In this document: in pieces, positions 40,148-51,773 of the stretch
How positions within the stretch are numbered: position 1 is the first letter of the stretch
How the letters are laid out: the number at the start of each line of letters is the position of its first letter
From: Chrysomallon squamiferum
Taxonomy: Eukaryota; Animalia; Mollusca
Direction: 5' to 3'
Assembly (NCBI GenBank): GCA_012295275.1
Contig: CM022677.1
Location: 12,090,001-12,154,000 of the forward strand
Length of the DNA stretch: 64,000 nucleotides
Notes under the pieces: model-generated
Told to the model about the DNA's origin: nothing
Database searches by the model: none
The model's input: only the letters and a program-made list of their open reading frames with translations
Program-made: the position numbers and the translations under genes

Positions 40148-43100
40148 ATAAATAAAATTTAAACCCGACCTTCTCAGGTTTTTATGAAACTTGGTATACT
40201 TGTTGACTGGGATCCCTCAGCACCAAATCTGAATTATTAGCCGAATCGGATCAGTGGTGTGGGAAATATGGCCCACCGAATTTTGAGATTTTTGGCAAAA
40301 ATGGGCGTGACCACCAACCTTAGAACCCTCACATCTCAGGAACTACTGGGCCAATCTTCATAAAATTGGTATTATTGAAAAGGCAATATGACAAGGATTC
40401 GAAATCTGCCATTTTTGTTCAGTTTGGATGTTCATATTGGAGTATTTATAACCTTTATATATTTAAAAAATGCACATACATGAAAATAACACCTTTTCAG
40501 CCAATAACATCTGATTAACTAAAACCTGAATGATCAATTTTGGAATCACCATCTTTCTTTATCATCGAGTAAGACATGAAATCTACAGCGATATCCTTCT
40601 GTAAAAAAACTTAACGTAATGGCGATTTCCATAAGCACTTTCAAACGCGGAGCTTTTTTTTCGCCAAAGAAGACACACCGTAGTGTCGCACATTGTTTCA
40701 AAGGTAATTGAATGCTCAACAATACCAGTTTTATGAAGATTGGCCCAGTAGTTACTGAGATATGAGGGTTCTAAGGTTGGTGGTCACGCCAATTTTTGCC
40801 AAAAATCGCAAAATTCGGTGGGCTGTATCTCCCACACCACTGCCCGATTGGGCTAATATTTCAGATTTGGTGCTGAGGGATCCCAGTCAACAAGTATACC
40901 AAGTTTCATAAAAATCTGAGATGGTCGGGTTTAACCCATTGGGTGATTTGACACGGAATGACCCGTTTTCAGCAGATGTGCCATTTGATGAAATTTTATC
41001 AACTGATAAAACTTAACATTATTGCTACTTCTCTAAATTTTACCTTCCTGTCAGTGATGTGGCCTAGCTCATTCAATTTTACAATACTTTTTTCTTTCTT
41101 TCAAATCTTTAATAATCCCTAGATCTTTTTTAGTTCACTTATATTACAGTCTTCAAAAAACAAAACAAAAATAGAAAAGGAAAGGAAAAAGAACTTAATC
41201 TATGTTGAAAACTCAGAGGTTCTCCTCCAGAAGTTTGTCTGAAGGCCTGACTGCCTTTCTGTGTTCCTAGTAGGTAAAACAGTGCTGAACAAAATAGTAC
41301 ACTAACATAGCCATTACACAACAATGGTGTTTTCCACTCAGAATTCCACATACATGAGATGGTTTAATACATAGTGACGTATTTTAGTTGAGTTTGAACC
41401 CCTCAGTCTCCATTTTTGGTTACATTCCCAGCTGATTTCTCAATATAGCATGTGTCTACTAGTCTTGAGGGTAGGCATTACACATGTACTCTAGGGTAAG
41501 AGCTGTTTATCCCAATTCTCTTTGGGTTTTCATCTGGTATAGTCTTTCGAGTATCTGAAAAGTTCTCTTTTCCATTCAGGAAATATGCAGTGCATTAGGA
41601 GTTTCTTAATCTTATGGTCAACGAGCTATGTCTCATCTGTTTTTGTATCATTCATTTCCTGTTGTTTTCTGTTTTTGGCTATGCTAGAGCAGTTGATTAT
41701 CTGTGATTCATAGGTCACAATTAAACATGATACATAGTAATCTGGCTCTTTGTCTAGAGGTAATATTTCTTTCAGTTTGGAGGCTGTTTTAGTTCTTTGT
41801 TGGTTAATGTAATTTGCTTTTAAATAAACCAGCCATGTCTTTGCATGTTTCCACTGTGTGCAGAGCTTCTCACATTTGCTGTTGTAACTCGTTCTTCTGA
41901 ATAACATATAACCAGGTAGTCTGCATATATTGCACCCATGAATCCACTGTGGGATATCCTTTAATATATCATTACTATAAAATTATAAAGAGAATTAGTC
42001 TCAGAACACCATGGTGTACAGACATTTGTTTTTCTATATTTCGGTATTTTGAACATGTGCAATGTTAACCCAGATTTAACTCCAGTCTTTGTCAAAAGCT
42101 TTTTCTAGACAGCAAATGTAGGATTTGTTCTTTTTAATTTTTTTCTTTGAATGCATCCTTAATCTCTAGTCATATGGAGGTGATCTGATCTTTAGTGGAT
42201 CCTTTTTATCAGCTTTCCTACAAAGCGTTTTAAATTGATGGCTCTGAAGTGGTTTTAATTTATACTTTCCTATTTTGTGGATTCATATAGTGTGGATTTT
42301 CTCTCAGATTGTGCTACAGAGCTATTGACTCAGCTTGCACTGAAGATCTCTCCAGCATTTGTGAAAGGGATGGAGGGAATTGGTGTAACTGGTGCAACTT
42401 AAATGATGGGATGGTACAGAAATGTCCAGGTTACACATGCTTCGAACAATGTTTGTCAAACATACGCCTATAAATAATGGCATCAAAAACATTAACTATT
42501 AACAAGTTTGTTTTATTTGCAATTAAATAAAATCAAAGTGTCTATTAAATTTATTATACAAAATGAAGTTCACTAATAAAACAGGTAGCACTGCCGATGA
42601 ATGGCGGGCAAACTCGTCATAAGCTGTAAGTGATGGCGGGCCCACCCTCTCTTATAGTATGTTGCGAGACCTCTGTATAATCCATTTCCATTTTTTCCTA
42701 ACGTTGTCTTAAATGCTTCTTAATGCCAATGTTCATACCTTCTGCCCAAAGCAAAGGTGTTGCCCATTTTTGTGATATATCTACTTCACTGAAACAGGGA
42801 ATTTTTATTTGATTATTTTTCTTTTTTTATATGTTTTTAAATATTTATGAGTCATTCTGTGTCAAATCACCCAATGGGTTAAACACGACCATCTCCAATT
42901 TTTATGAAACTTGGTATACACGTGTGCATTATTTAAATATATATTGTGGCTAAACGAAAAAGATTACACCTTTGAAACTGTTATATGTTTTAGTTAACAT
43001 ATGGGAAATTAAATTTCAAGGAAGGTCATGTCAAGGTCACATGATCCATAAGGTAAATTTCAAGGTCATAACAAAGGTCAAATGGTCAGAGAACCCAACA

Positions 43101-43957
43101 TTTTTCAAACTGAACAATAATGCCTTTTCAACAATACCAATTTTATGAAGATTGGCCCAATAGTTCCTGAGATATCAGGGTTCAAAAGTTTGTGGTCATG
43201 CCCATTTTGGCCAAAAATCTCAAAATTCGGAGGGTCATGTCTCCAACCCCACTGGTCCCATGGGCCTAAAATTTCGGATTTGGTGCTGTGGGGTCCCAGT
43301 CAACAAGTATACCAAGTTTAATAAAAATCTGAAACGGTCAGGTTTAAAATATTCAGCATTTTTACCAGTTATTTAAAATAACTCTTTAGACCATTTAATA
43401 AGACATAAATCTTGTTTTATGTTTGTTAATATTTGCTATATGAAACAAACTTAATAATTATCAGTGTTTTATGGTTTGATTACATCATAAGGAATAGCAC
43501 AGTGAATTTTCTTTATCTTCATTTTCCAGGTCCAGTTAATTATACAATCACAGAAGTTTCTGGATCAAGGCCAAACTCACTTAACATCAATGAGGGAGAC
43601 TCTGCTGTTTTTACCTGTGTTGTACAGGGAGCCAAACCAGCACCAAATGAGACACAGATCTTGTGGTACGTAGACAGTAACAAGCTTCCTGTCAGCATCA
43701 CTGGATCTCCCACTACTACTGACAGACTGACAACATTAAGTGTGACGTACACAGCCAGCAGAGAACATGATGGTCAGAAAGTTTTCTGTGCTGCTGAAAA
43801 TAACTTGATGATTGACCAAAGTATCCCTGCTGTCAGCTCAACTAACAAAATTGAACTACATATACAAAGTGATCACCATTTTTTCTTTGTATTTTATTTC
43901 TCACCTTGTGTAAAATGAAGAAGTAGTTTCAAATGTAATACATGTTGTGTGTGTATC

Positions 43958-44019
<62 letters not shown>

Positions 44020-45217
44020 TCCGTGAATGTATGGTTTTTAGTAACAAGTCTGAAAGTAACCAGCACCTAACAAATACTGTTTATTTGAAATGTATGATTT
44101 GTAACATTTTGATATTAACGATGATTTAGATTTGTTGTACAGAATTGATTCGGTGCTGTTAACTGTAAAATAGTGTGCATGTGCTTTAAGATTAATTAAA
44201 TCTCACTGTAATGGAACAAATATCAGGAATATTCTTCAGAGAATGATTTGTTGACCTATTCAGAAATTATTCAGGCAGCAAGATCTTGAAACATGACCAG
44301 ATGAATAATTATGTCCCAGTCAGTAAGTTAATTTTGATACCAGAGTCTATTCTTACTGGCTTCATTGCAGAGTTTTATTTGGCTTTGAATAACATAAACA
44401 AATTAAAATATGGCAAATTAGAAACAGTTTGATCAAATGTAGTGACAGGTCTGGTATATTTTCATTTGTGATAGCCATAACTTTATTAACATAGAAAATG
44501 ATAGATCATTTTGATAGAGACAGGAACATTTTTTATATCCAGACTTTAATTTTTTAAATAAAACTGCTAGTAGTGGATGGATCAGTGAATGACATTTTTC
44601 CTTCTTAGCAGAAAAAAGAAATTCAACAAGTGTTCCTACAACAACTCCAAACCTGGGATCAGGTTCTGGCTGTAATTTAGTTTGTATTATCCTCATTACA
44701 GTTATCACTGTCACAGGTCTTTGTATAATCATAACATGCTGTCTGATATCACTAAGAAACCAAAACAAAAAGAAAAATGATAAAACTACAAATATTGAAC
44801 TGAGCAGTAAAACGAACACTGAAAAGTCTCAAACTGAGGTTTCTGTTGATATCAAAGCAGAAGAAAAGTGTAACATTCAAGAGAAAGCAGACAAAAAACA
44901 TGACACTGAAGATGTAGAAACTTCACAGATAGGATTGCTAATAATCTTCACACAATATGCCTGGTAACCATGGAAGTGATGACGATAATGAAAGTTCTGA
45001 AGATTACTCATATAATCAGACAAATGTAAAACCTGCAAATCAACCAGTCAGTAAAGATGTCTGTGAAGAACACAAGTCAGTCACTGATTCACTGATTAAA
45101 ACTGATGTGAGCAACAATACAGCAGAGAGCCAACATCCAACCAGACAGAATCACAATAATGTTGATCATCAGAAAACAAAACATATTACAACTATTGATG
45201 TGAAAATCAAATTATAA
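31858..45217 (+). CDS. Type-I membrane immunoglobulin-superfamily receptor: exons 31858-31924 (signal peptide), 39132-39431 (Cys-rich V-like Ig), 43530-43868 (C2-like Ig), 44609-45217 (stalk, TM, tail; frameshift near 44930-44960)
   Basis: MSDVGKLCLFLTLFFTQFEIIS|GLMKL...YIFQC...FNLTINSVRIEDEASWTC...KVW|SPVNY...EGDSAVFTCVVQGAKPAP..ILWY...ASREHDGQKVFCAAEN|EKRNSTS...LVCIILITVITVTGLCIIITCCLISLRNQNKKK. All three introns are phase 1, as is typical of Ig exons. NAGNAG acceptor at 44606-44611. Assignment of exon 1 to this gene is inference. Confidence 0.8.
32110..33330 (-). mobile_element. Degenerate, internally deleted hAT transposon (CGGBP1-like transposase)
   Basis: The minus strand gives WDKHPANPYYKTVRIFDSSQL...LELLEEWLMY and FWQGM...LSAIASDAVWMHVTSVDVEISFSQYKH.LNERR, resembling the hAT dimerisation motif (SxxxERxFS). 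Ends are approximate. Confidence 0.7.
34753..35368 (+). mobile_element. Non-autonomous DNA transposon (GGGTCATTCC..TCAAATCACCC termini, Sola2-like), truncated
   Basis: Terminus at 34753. The internal and right-arm sequence is the reverse complement of 40230-40540. The family call rests only on the GRG termini. Confidence 0.75.
35377..35740 (-). pseudogene. Antisense, 3'-truncated copy of Ig exon 3 plus ~70 bp of its upstream intron and acceptor
   Basis: The minus strand reads PVNSANTNISGSRPNSFSITEGDSAVFTCVVRGAKPAPNETQILWY...HDGQKVFSAAESNLMIDQ. It has 18 mismatches in ~291 nt versus 43530-43820, and the second Ig Cys is changed to Ser. Confidence 0.95.
35985..36810 (+). mobile_element. Further fragments of the same Sola2-like MITE family (termini at 35985 and 36583)
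   Basis: gggtcattc(c/t)(a/g)tgtcaaatcaccca termini. 36583-36810 matches the left arm of 40108-40964 with deletions. Confidence 0.75.
40108..40964. mobile_element. Foldback MITE with ~250-bp TIRs (Sola2-like) carrying a captured hAT-end fragment
   Basis: The right end is tgggtgatttgacacggaatgaccc. The left end gggtca is followed by an A-run. Arms 40160-40380 and 40717-40935 are complementary. Possible 4-bp TSD gttc/gttt. Confidence 0.85.
41140..42420 (-). mobile_element. Degraded non-LTR retrotransposon (RT plus RNase H-like, I-group-like)
   Basis: Minus-strand remnants LEKAFDK, NDILKDIP..., IYADYLV (YADD-like) and ALTLEYMCNAYPQD*..HAY. Many stops and frameshifts. Confidence 0.65.
42849..43350 (+). 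mobile_element. Sola2-like MITE copy just upstream of Ig exon 3
   Basis: gagtcattctgtgtcaaatcacccaatgggtt terminus. The right arm 43120-43345 is homologous to 40717-40935. Confidence 0.8.
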
Positions 45218-48200
45218 ACAAATGAAGCAGTTTCAAAGTTAATTTGTTTTTTATTCCAGACTTTTTATTTGCTTCAGCTCAGTACATTTAGCAACATTCT
45301 TCATTATTTCAGATAATTTCTAGATGCCAGTGATTGTTTGTGGATTCTGCTTAACTAATCAAGGAATAGCTTTATTTCTATCTTTTTTGCTAATTCTGAT
45401 ATAAGCAAAATAAAAAAGCTTTTAAAAGAAGTTTATACTATGTTGACTGTTTTAGTTCCACACTGAGTAATATGCTTATTAACATAGATAAAGTTACAGC
45501 TTAATGCTTTTCTTTCACAACACACACACACACACACAGACACAAACAAACACACACACACACACACAGTGAGATAAATGCAAGTCTGCTGCTTTATTAT
45601 ACTGTAAAACCTTTTATAAACACTTTTTAACAGTTTTGAATATAATGTTTGCAGTAAGAACTTCCATGACAGATTAAAATATATTAACTAAAATTAAGAA
45701 AAACCTTGAAACAAATTTCTTTTCTCTTTCATTCTTTCTTTTCTTCTTCACTAGATCATAGAGCATCACTATTACTGTTATATACCTGGTTTTTATATAT
45801 GTAAAGTTTCACCAATACATATGTTGAGTATGTATGGTTTGAACCCAGAAATTACCAGTTGTTGGCCTGCTCTGACAGTGTGTTTTGTTGTGGAATGTCC
45901 TGTATGGACTTTTTAATGAGACAGACCAGAATGTTTACATTTGATCTGATTATATTTCTGATTTATTATCTGAAATTATAGTTTGTAAATTAAATATTAA
46001 GGTTACTTGTCTAGTTTTAGTAATCAGATTACACCTTTTGCATCACCTTGTCCTTTGATATTATAGTAATAATAATATTATTATTATTAATATTATTATT
46101 TGTTCGATATTTTTCTTTTTTAAAATGTATTTTCTCCACTTCATTTGTTTTTACCATACTAAAGCTTAACTCATACACATTATTTATTTTATTTCGACAA
46201 CAAAGAAACAACACCATCAAGCAGTAAGTAACATAATCACATTGTTAGCCCTAACCTTGTGCTAATCATTCATGTAACCTCAGTTCCCCTTCCACTGTTC
46301 TTAATAAAACCCTCTGAAATCTTATTATGCAAAATCACTAATGAGAAACTGGTCAAGAATGCTTGAAAATTATTCTTTTCACAATATAATGATCTCATCT
46401 GATCAACACATTTCATTATTAAATTAACGTAAATTATGAGTAAACACAGACTTAAGACAGCCATAACGAAGGTGTTTGACTCAGGCAAAATGATGGATAC
46501 CACTGACATGGATGATACCAACATAGTGGTCATTGCTGACATCCTAGTCTCAGTAAAAGTCCCAGCCAATGTTATGTGCATTCACTTTAACTGGTTAGTG
46601 GTAGACAGAGTTCAGCCAGTCAGTGCAGAATCAGTGTTTTATAACCTCTATTAATTTGGCTTACAAGCAGACAAAAATGTTATGAATTGCATGGAGAAAA
46701 AGATAAAGATTTGCTCATAAACGGAGTGTTGTTGTTTCTTTGATCATGAGTTTTTCTGTGAATTAATAACCTGCACTTGTAAAACAGGATGTTTTAAACA
46801 CTCCACGTAGCACTTTTGCTTTAGATCAACAGTGAAAAACCATGTTAAATATCTTACAAGTATTAGGCTCTGGCTGCTTTTAGCCCCATTGGAAAGCTAA
46901 TAAAATATGTAGCAAGATGGGAATAAAAGTAAAGTCAACATATTTTTCTTCCAAAAAAAATAGATTTCAAGCATAAATTACAATATATTATAATCAGTCG
47001 AATTATCACTGAAACATCGTGTCATAGAGGTAACTGAATTTATATTTGGCAGAACTTAGAGTTGCAAATATTGAAAAGCTGTGACCATTATAGTAGGTTC
47101 AGTTGATTATTTTCAGCGAAAAACATTTGCTGCTGGCGGTTATAAACCAGTGAGTGTACAGAACAGCTCATTTAAAGAAGGAAAGGCTTTTGTGTGAATT
47201 TGTGGTGGGATTTTGAACAGGTGACTGTCAGACGAGTTTCGACTCAGTCTGTGTGTATGTATGTACAAACAGATAGATAAAGAGAGAGACAGATATACTT
47301 TGATAATTCAAAAAAACAACAACTGAAAAGTATCAATAAAATAGTTTAACTTTCAGGGAATTCAAATATTTACAGCAGTTTCTTCTAATGAATATACATG
47401 TACAGGCCTGTATATATGAGCATATATCTATATATCTAGTTAACTATCTATATATGAATGTCTGTATGTATTCAGATTTACAAACATAATTCACACAGTT
47501 CTCTTAAATCACATTTCAATTGCAAATAACATGTTTCCCACAATACACTCCTTTGTAAATACAAAGAAACACCAATCAGTAAGCGTTAATGGTTCACTAT
47601 GGCAGTTCTTTGAAGACTGTATGCAATTATATATTATGTAAAGAAGCCCTTCGCTTTACATAGGCAGATGACCTATAGCAAGTTCATTTTATTCTGCTTA
47701 AAGAACAACTTACTGTTCTCTGCTTTAAGTTTTCAGGGGCTAATTTCAATTAAATCAATAGTCTAGGACCGCAAAAAAACTTTGAGAAATAGGTTTTCAC
47801 TGTTGTCAGCAATTGAATGTTTTAAGGTCATTAAGAACGAATATGAGTTGGTTGGGAGATAGATGTGCTTGAAAGATATGAGTATATGTGTGCTGCTAGA
47901 TATTTGGTAGTAATTAAAGGATTATTTATTTATTTATTTATTTTAGGTAAAATAAGCGGAAGCGATTCCACATTTTCTTCAATGATTTATGTAATAATCA
48001 CGTAAGTAATCTTGTAACCATTTTATTTTTATTAGTTATTTTATTGTAATAGTAATTTTCTCAGCTTACCTCTCAGTATATCTGCATGTATCATCTGTAC
48101 CGCACATGTATCGCTCAGTCTGTTTGTGTTGTCATTCTGTATATCTACTTTTCTGTCGGACCGTCTTCGAGTATTTGTGTGTGTATGTATTACCTATATG

Positions 48201-48497
48201 TACATATAAAGTTTGCCTTTATCAGTGTATGTAATGCTGTATATCTACATATATTGTCTTTTTTGATGTCTGTGTCTGTGTTTATCTATTTCCGTGTGTC
48301 TAATAATTCTTTGTTTATCATTTTTATTTCATCTTTATTTTATCTTTCTTCAGGTTTATCAACACTTTAGTCATCACTGGTTTGCTGTAGATCTACAGAC
48401 TCCTCAGAGATAGATAAACACGGAGATATGAGATGTATAAAATATTGACAACTATCTAAATTATATTCTTGTTTCTTTCTTTGGGTTTTATCCTCAA

Positions 48498-48533
<36 letters not shown>

Positions 48534-51500
48534 AAATTACTTTATATATTTATTTATGTATTAATATGATTGTATTTATTTATTTATTTTTTTAAGTTTT
48601 TCTAATTATATATCCCTAAATGAAATATGTATGGTTCTAGAATTTAATTTGTAAGTAAATACAATATTTTATTTAGTGTGAAAGACTGATCTTATAACAT
48701 TTTGACAGTTATTTTTAGAATAATTGGATAGAATTTAAAAACTGTTTTACTGATGGTAATAGAATGTTTGTTAAGCAGATTATAATTATTAGTTACGTAA
48801 TAATTACGAGTTTATTTTTGTCATTTGTAAGTAAATAGTGAATTAGTATATATCTGCCAAATACTTGTTAGAATTACAGATCAGAAGTAAGTGATCAGTT
48901 AGAATGCTGATATCGTTTCAGTACATGTCAAACCATTTCAGAAAAAATGACATTTTTATAAGAAAAGTGTTGGCGCTGGTTGTTAGTATTCTTACAGTTA
49001 TTAAAGTGTTTAAATATTTGAATTATTGAAATTCATTGTTAAGTGTGAAGTGTTTTAATGTAATATTTTTTGTTCCATATTTAAACAGTTTCAAATTTCA
49101 GTTGTGTTGTTATTTCTACTTTATTTATTTTAATTGAAATTTGTTTCTGTTTGAATTTAGTCTGTTCAAAGTTAAATTTTCATTTGAACATGTCATTAAA
49201 AAGACTGAATTTTGACGTGTGCCTATCTTGGTTTTAAACGGCAACAATAAACACATCTGTATTATGAGACTAATTTTTTTAAATAATGCAATGATGCAAT
49301 ACATGAATTTCAAAGGTTATTGTTTATTAAGTTAGTTATCTATTTATTTATTATTATTATTTCTGCTAAAAAAATTGGAGACGGTTATCAACCAGAGCTT
49401 ATGGTAAAATTAGATAAAACATAACTTTTTTTTTTTTTTTTTTTTTTTTTTGTTGTTTTACCAGTATTTCAGTTATGTTAGAGAGCTGTAATAAAGTGAC
49501 AGTGTAATAATATTAAATAGAACATTGTTGTTTTTCATTATTGTCTGAACTTTGGTCTATAAGGCAACACATAATGTCATCCTCCTTTGTATTTTTATCT
49601 TATTTGCTGATAATGAAACGGATATTTTCACACAAGATCTGTAATAGTGAGATATTTAAATATGATATTTACTGTAATAAAAAAAATGTTCGTTGTATGC
49701 TGGTTTTAATTTCATTCAGCTAATTTGCTTTTCTTGACATTGTGTTCTAAACGACAAAATGATTCCGCTTCAGTTTGGAGTTGGGTTTTGATACAAATAG
49801 AAAACGTAATTAAGAAGATAGTCTTTTGTAGTTCTGATATCTTTACATTCACTTTCTAATGTTTATGAATTAGATGCCTTATATTAAATATAGACAATTA
49901 AGTGATAAAATAATTTGTTGATTAATATTTAATATTTTGTTAGAACAGTACATACATTATATATAAAATAATGAGTAACTGACCGATTCTCAAGTGAGTG
50001 ACATTAAAATGTCACCATGTAAACAGCTGTAGATTAGTTGTTACATTCAAGAATGTAATAAATGTCGTATACGTTTTGCTGAGGAATGATGTAACCTACG
50101 ACAAGAAATCTTCTCTCGTTTTATAAATACAAATATTTTATAAATAGTCAAAAGATATGATTTACTGACAAACAATAAAAAAAAAATAATAAAAAAAAAA
50201 TAACATTCTTGTGAAATGTAATGAATAAAGTGAAATAAATATACCAAAAATAGACACATTAATAGAATAACAGCGCTATAGAAATGTGACTAATAACCTA
50301 ACCTAGACAAAGTACAACTTCGTGTAGCTGCAAGAAACAGGTTTAGTCACAGCATTAACAATGGCGATGTTGAGATATTTACTTGTTTGTCATGATTGTT
50401 ACATTTAGTACAGGTAAGTTTCATTTATTTTTTAACTGTTTATTCATTTATTTATTTATTCATTTGTATTATTAAGATTTATGCTGTTTAGAGTTGGTTA
50501 TTTTTTCATTAAACTTGTTTATCTGTTTTTATTATTTTTATTTAGTCTTGACAAGAATGAGACTTTTTATATCTTAACCGAGATAGAAGTAGACGCTTTA
50601 TTACAGTGAGAGCGCTGAAGTAATACGTGACCGAGTAAGATACCCGAAGGAAACAAATTAAATCACAACATACACTATGGCGATAGTGGGATACATACTT
50701 GTTTCTGCTTCGATTGTTTAGGTAAGTTTTATTGTTACTATTTAATTCATACATTGAAAGAAATATAGTAGATATTACCGATATAAACTGTGTACTGAAA
50801 AGCGATTCACTCTGTGCCTTGGTTAAAACTAGTTTGGTGTATATTATTTAAATTGAACGTCGTCTCTGTGAAAAGTGAATGAATCGGACTATGAAGACCC
50901 ATAAACTGTAAGGAACGTTAAACATATCAGCTTATTTGCATTGCATTCTTTTTTTTGCTATAGTAGTTGCAGAAACATGTGGGATGATTGACGGTATTTT
51001 GGGATTTACTGTTTTGCTTGATGTTCGAAGAATCTTACACAGAATAGCCACTTAAAAAATAAACAATCTCAGAACTTTTGTAGATAATCAGATATAAATC
51101 TTGAAACAAAAAGCTGTTATTCATTATTACATATATATCAATGTTTGATCTACGTCTGAAAGCATTGTCTGAAAAAATAAATTATTTTGCCTTTTATTAA
51201 ATATTGCAATTAGTGCCACATCCTACATCAAAAAAATATCATTAATATTTCTATTAATGAGACCGACATTGCCGTCGTTCCAGGATTGTTCTTAACATTT
51301 CATTATTATTCTTTTTATTCGCTATTATTCTTATTTAGTGACCGTGCCCGTCCTTTATTAAAAACAAAGAATGAATGAGAAAGAAAATATAGAGAAAAAA
51401 CAGAATGTTAATTAGAATGAGGTTGATAACTATGGAAAAAATAAAAATAAAAATAAAAAATAAAAAATGTACTGAGAGAAAGAATGTGTTGGAGAAAAGA

Positions 51501-51773
51501 GAGAGAGAGAGAGAGTTTCCAAGAGCATGAGAACAAAGACAAAAAGTAAACAAGCAGTTTTTACATATTTAATAACACATACCTAACAATTATGAAAATA
51601 CAAACAATTATTTAAGTACATGAAAAACATCTACATAAAATTATTTTATAATAAAAACTTTAGTTTACCTGAAGTAAGTTTAATGACAGATATAGAAAGA
51701 TCAGGATTACATAAAATATATAGAATAATTATTTAAACATTATAAAAAAAATTTAAATTAATGAAAAAATTAC

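Noticed and set aside
42580-42675. Possible hAT terminus (ttgcgagacctctg)
   Set aside because: No partner TIR or TSD was found.
46270-46654. Overlapping 103-aa and 72-aa ORFs
   Set aside because: No motif or splice structure linking them to a gene.
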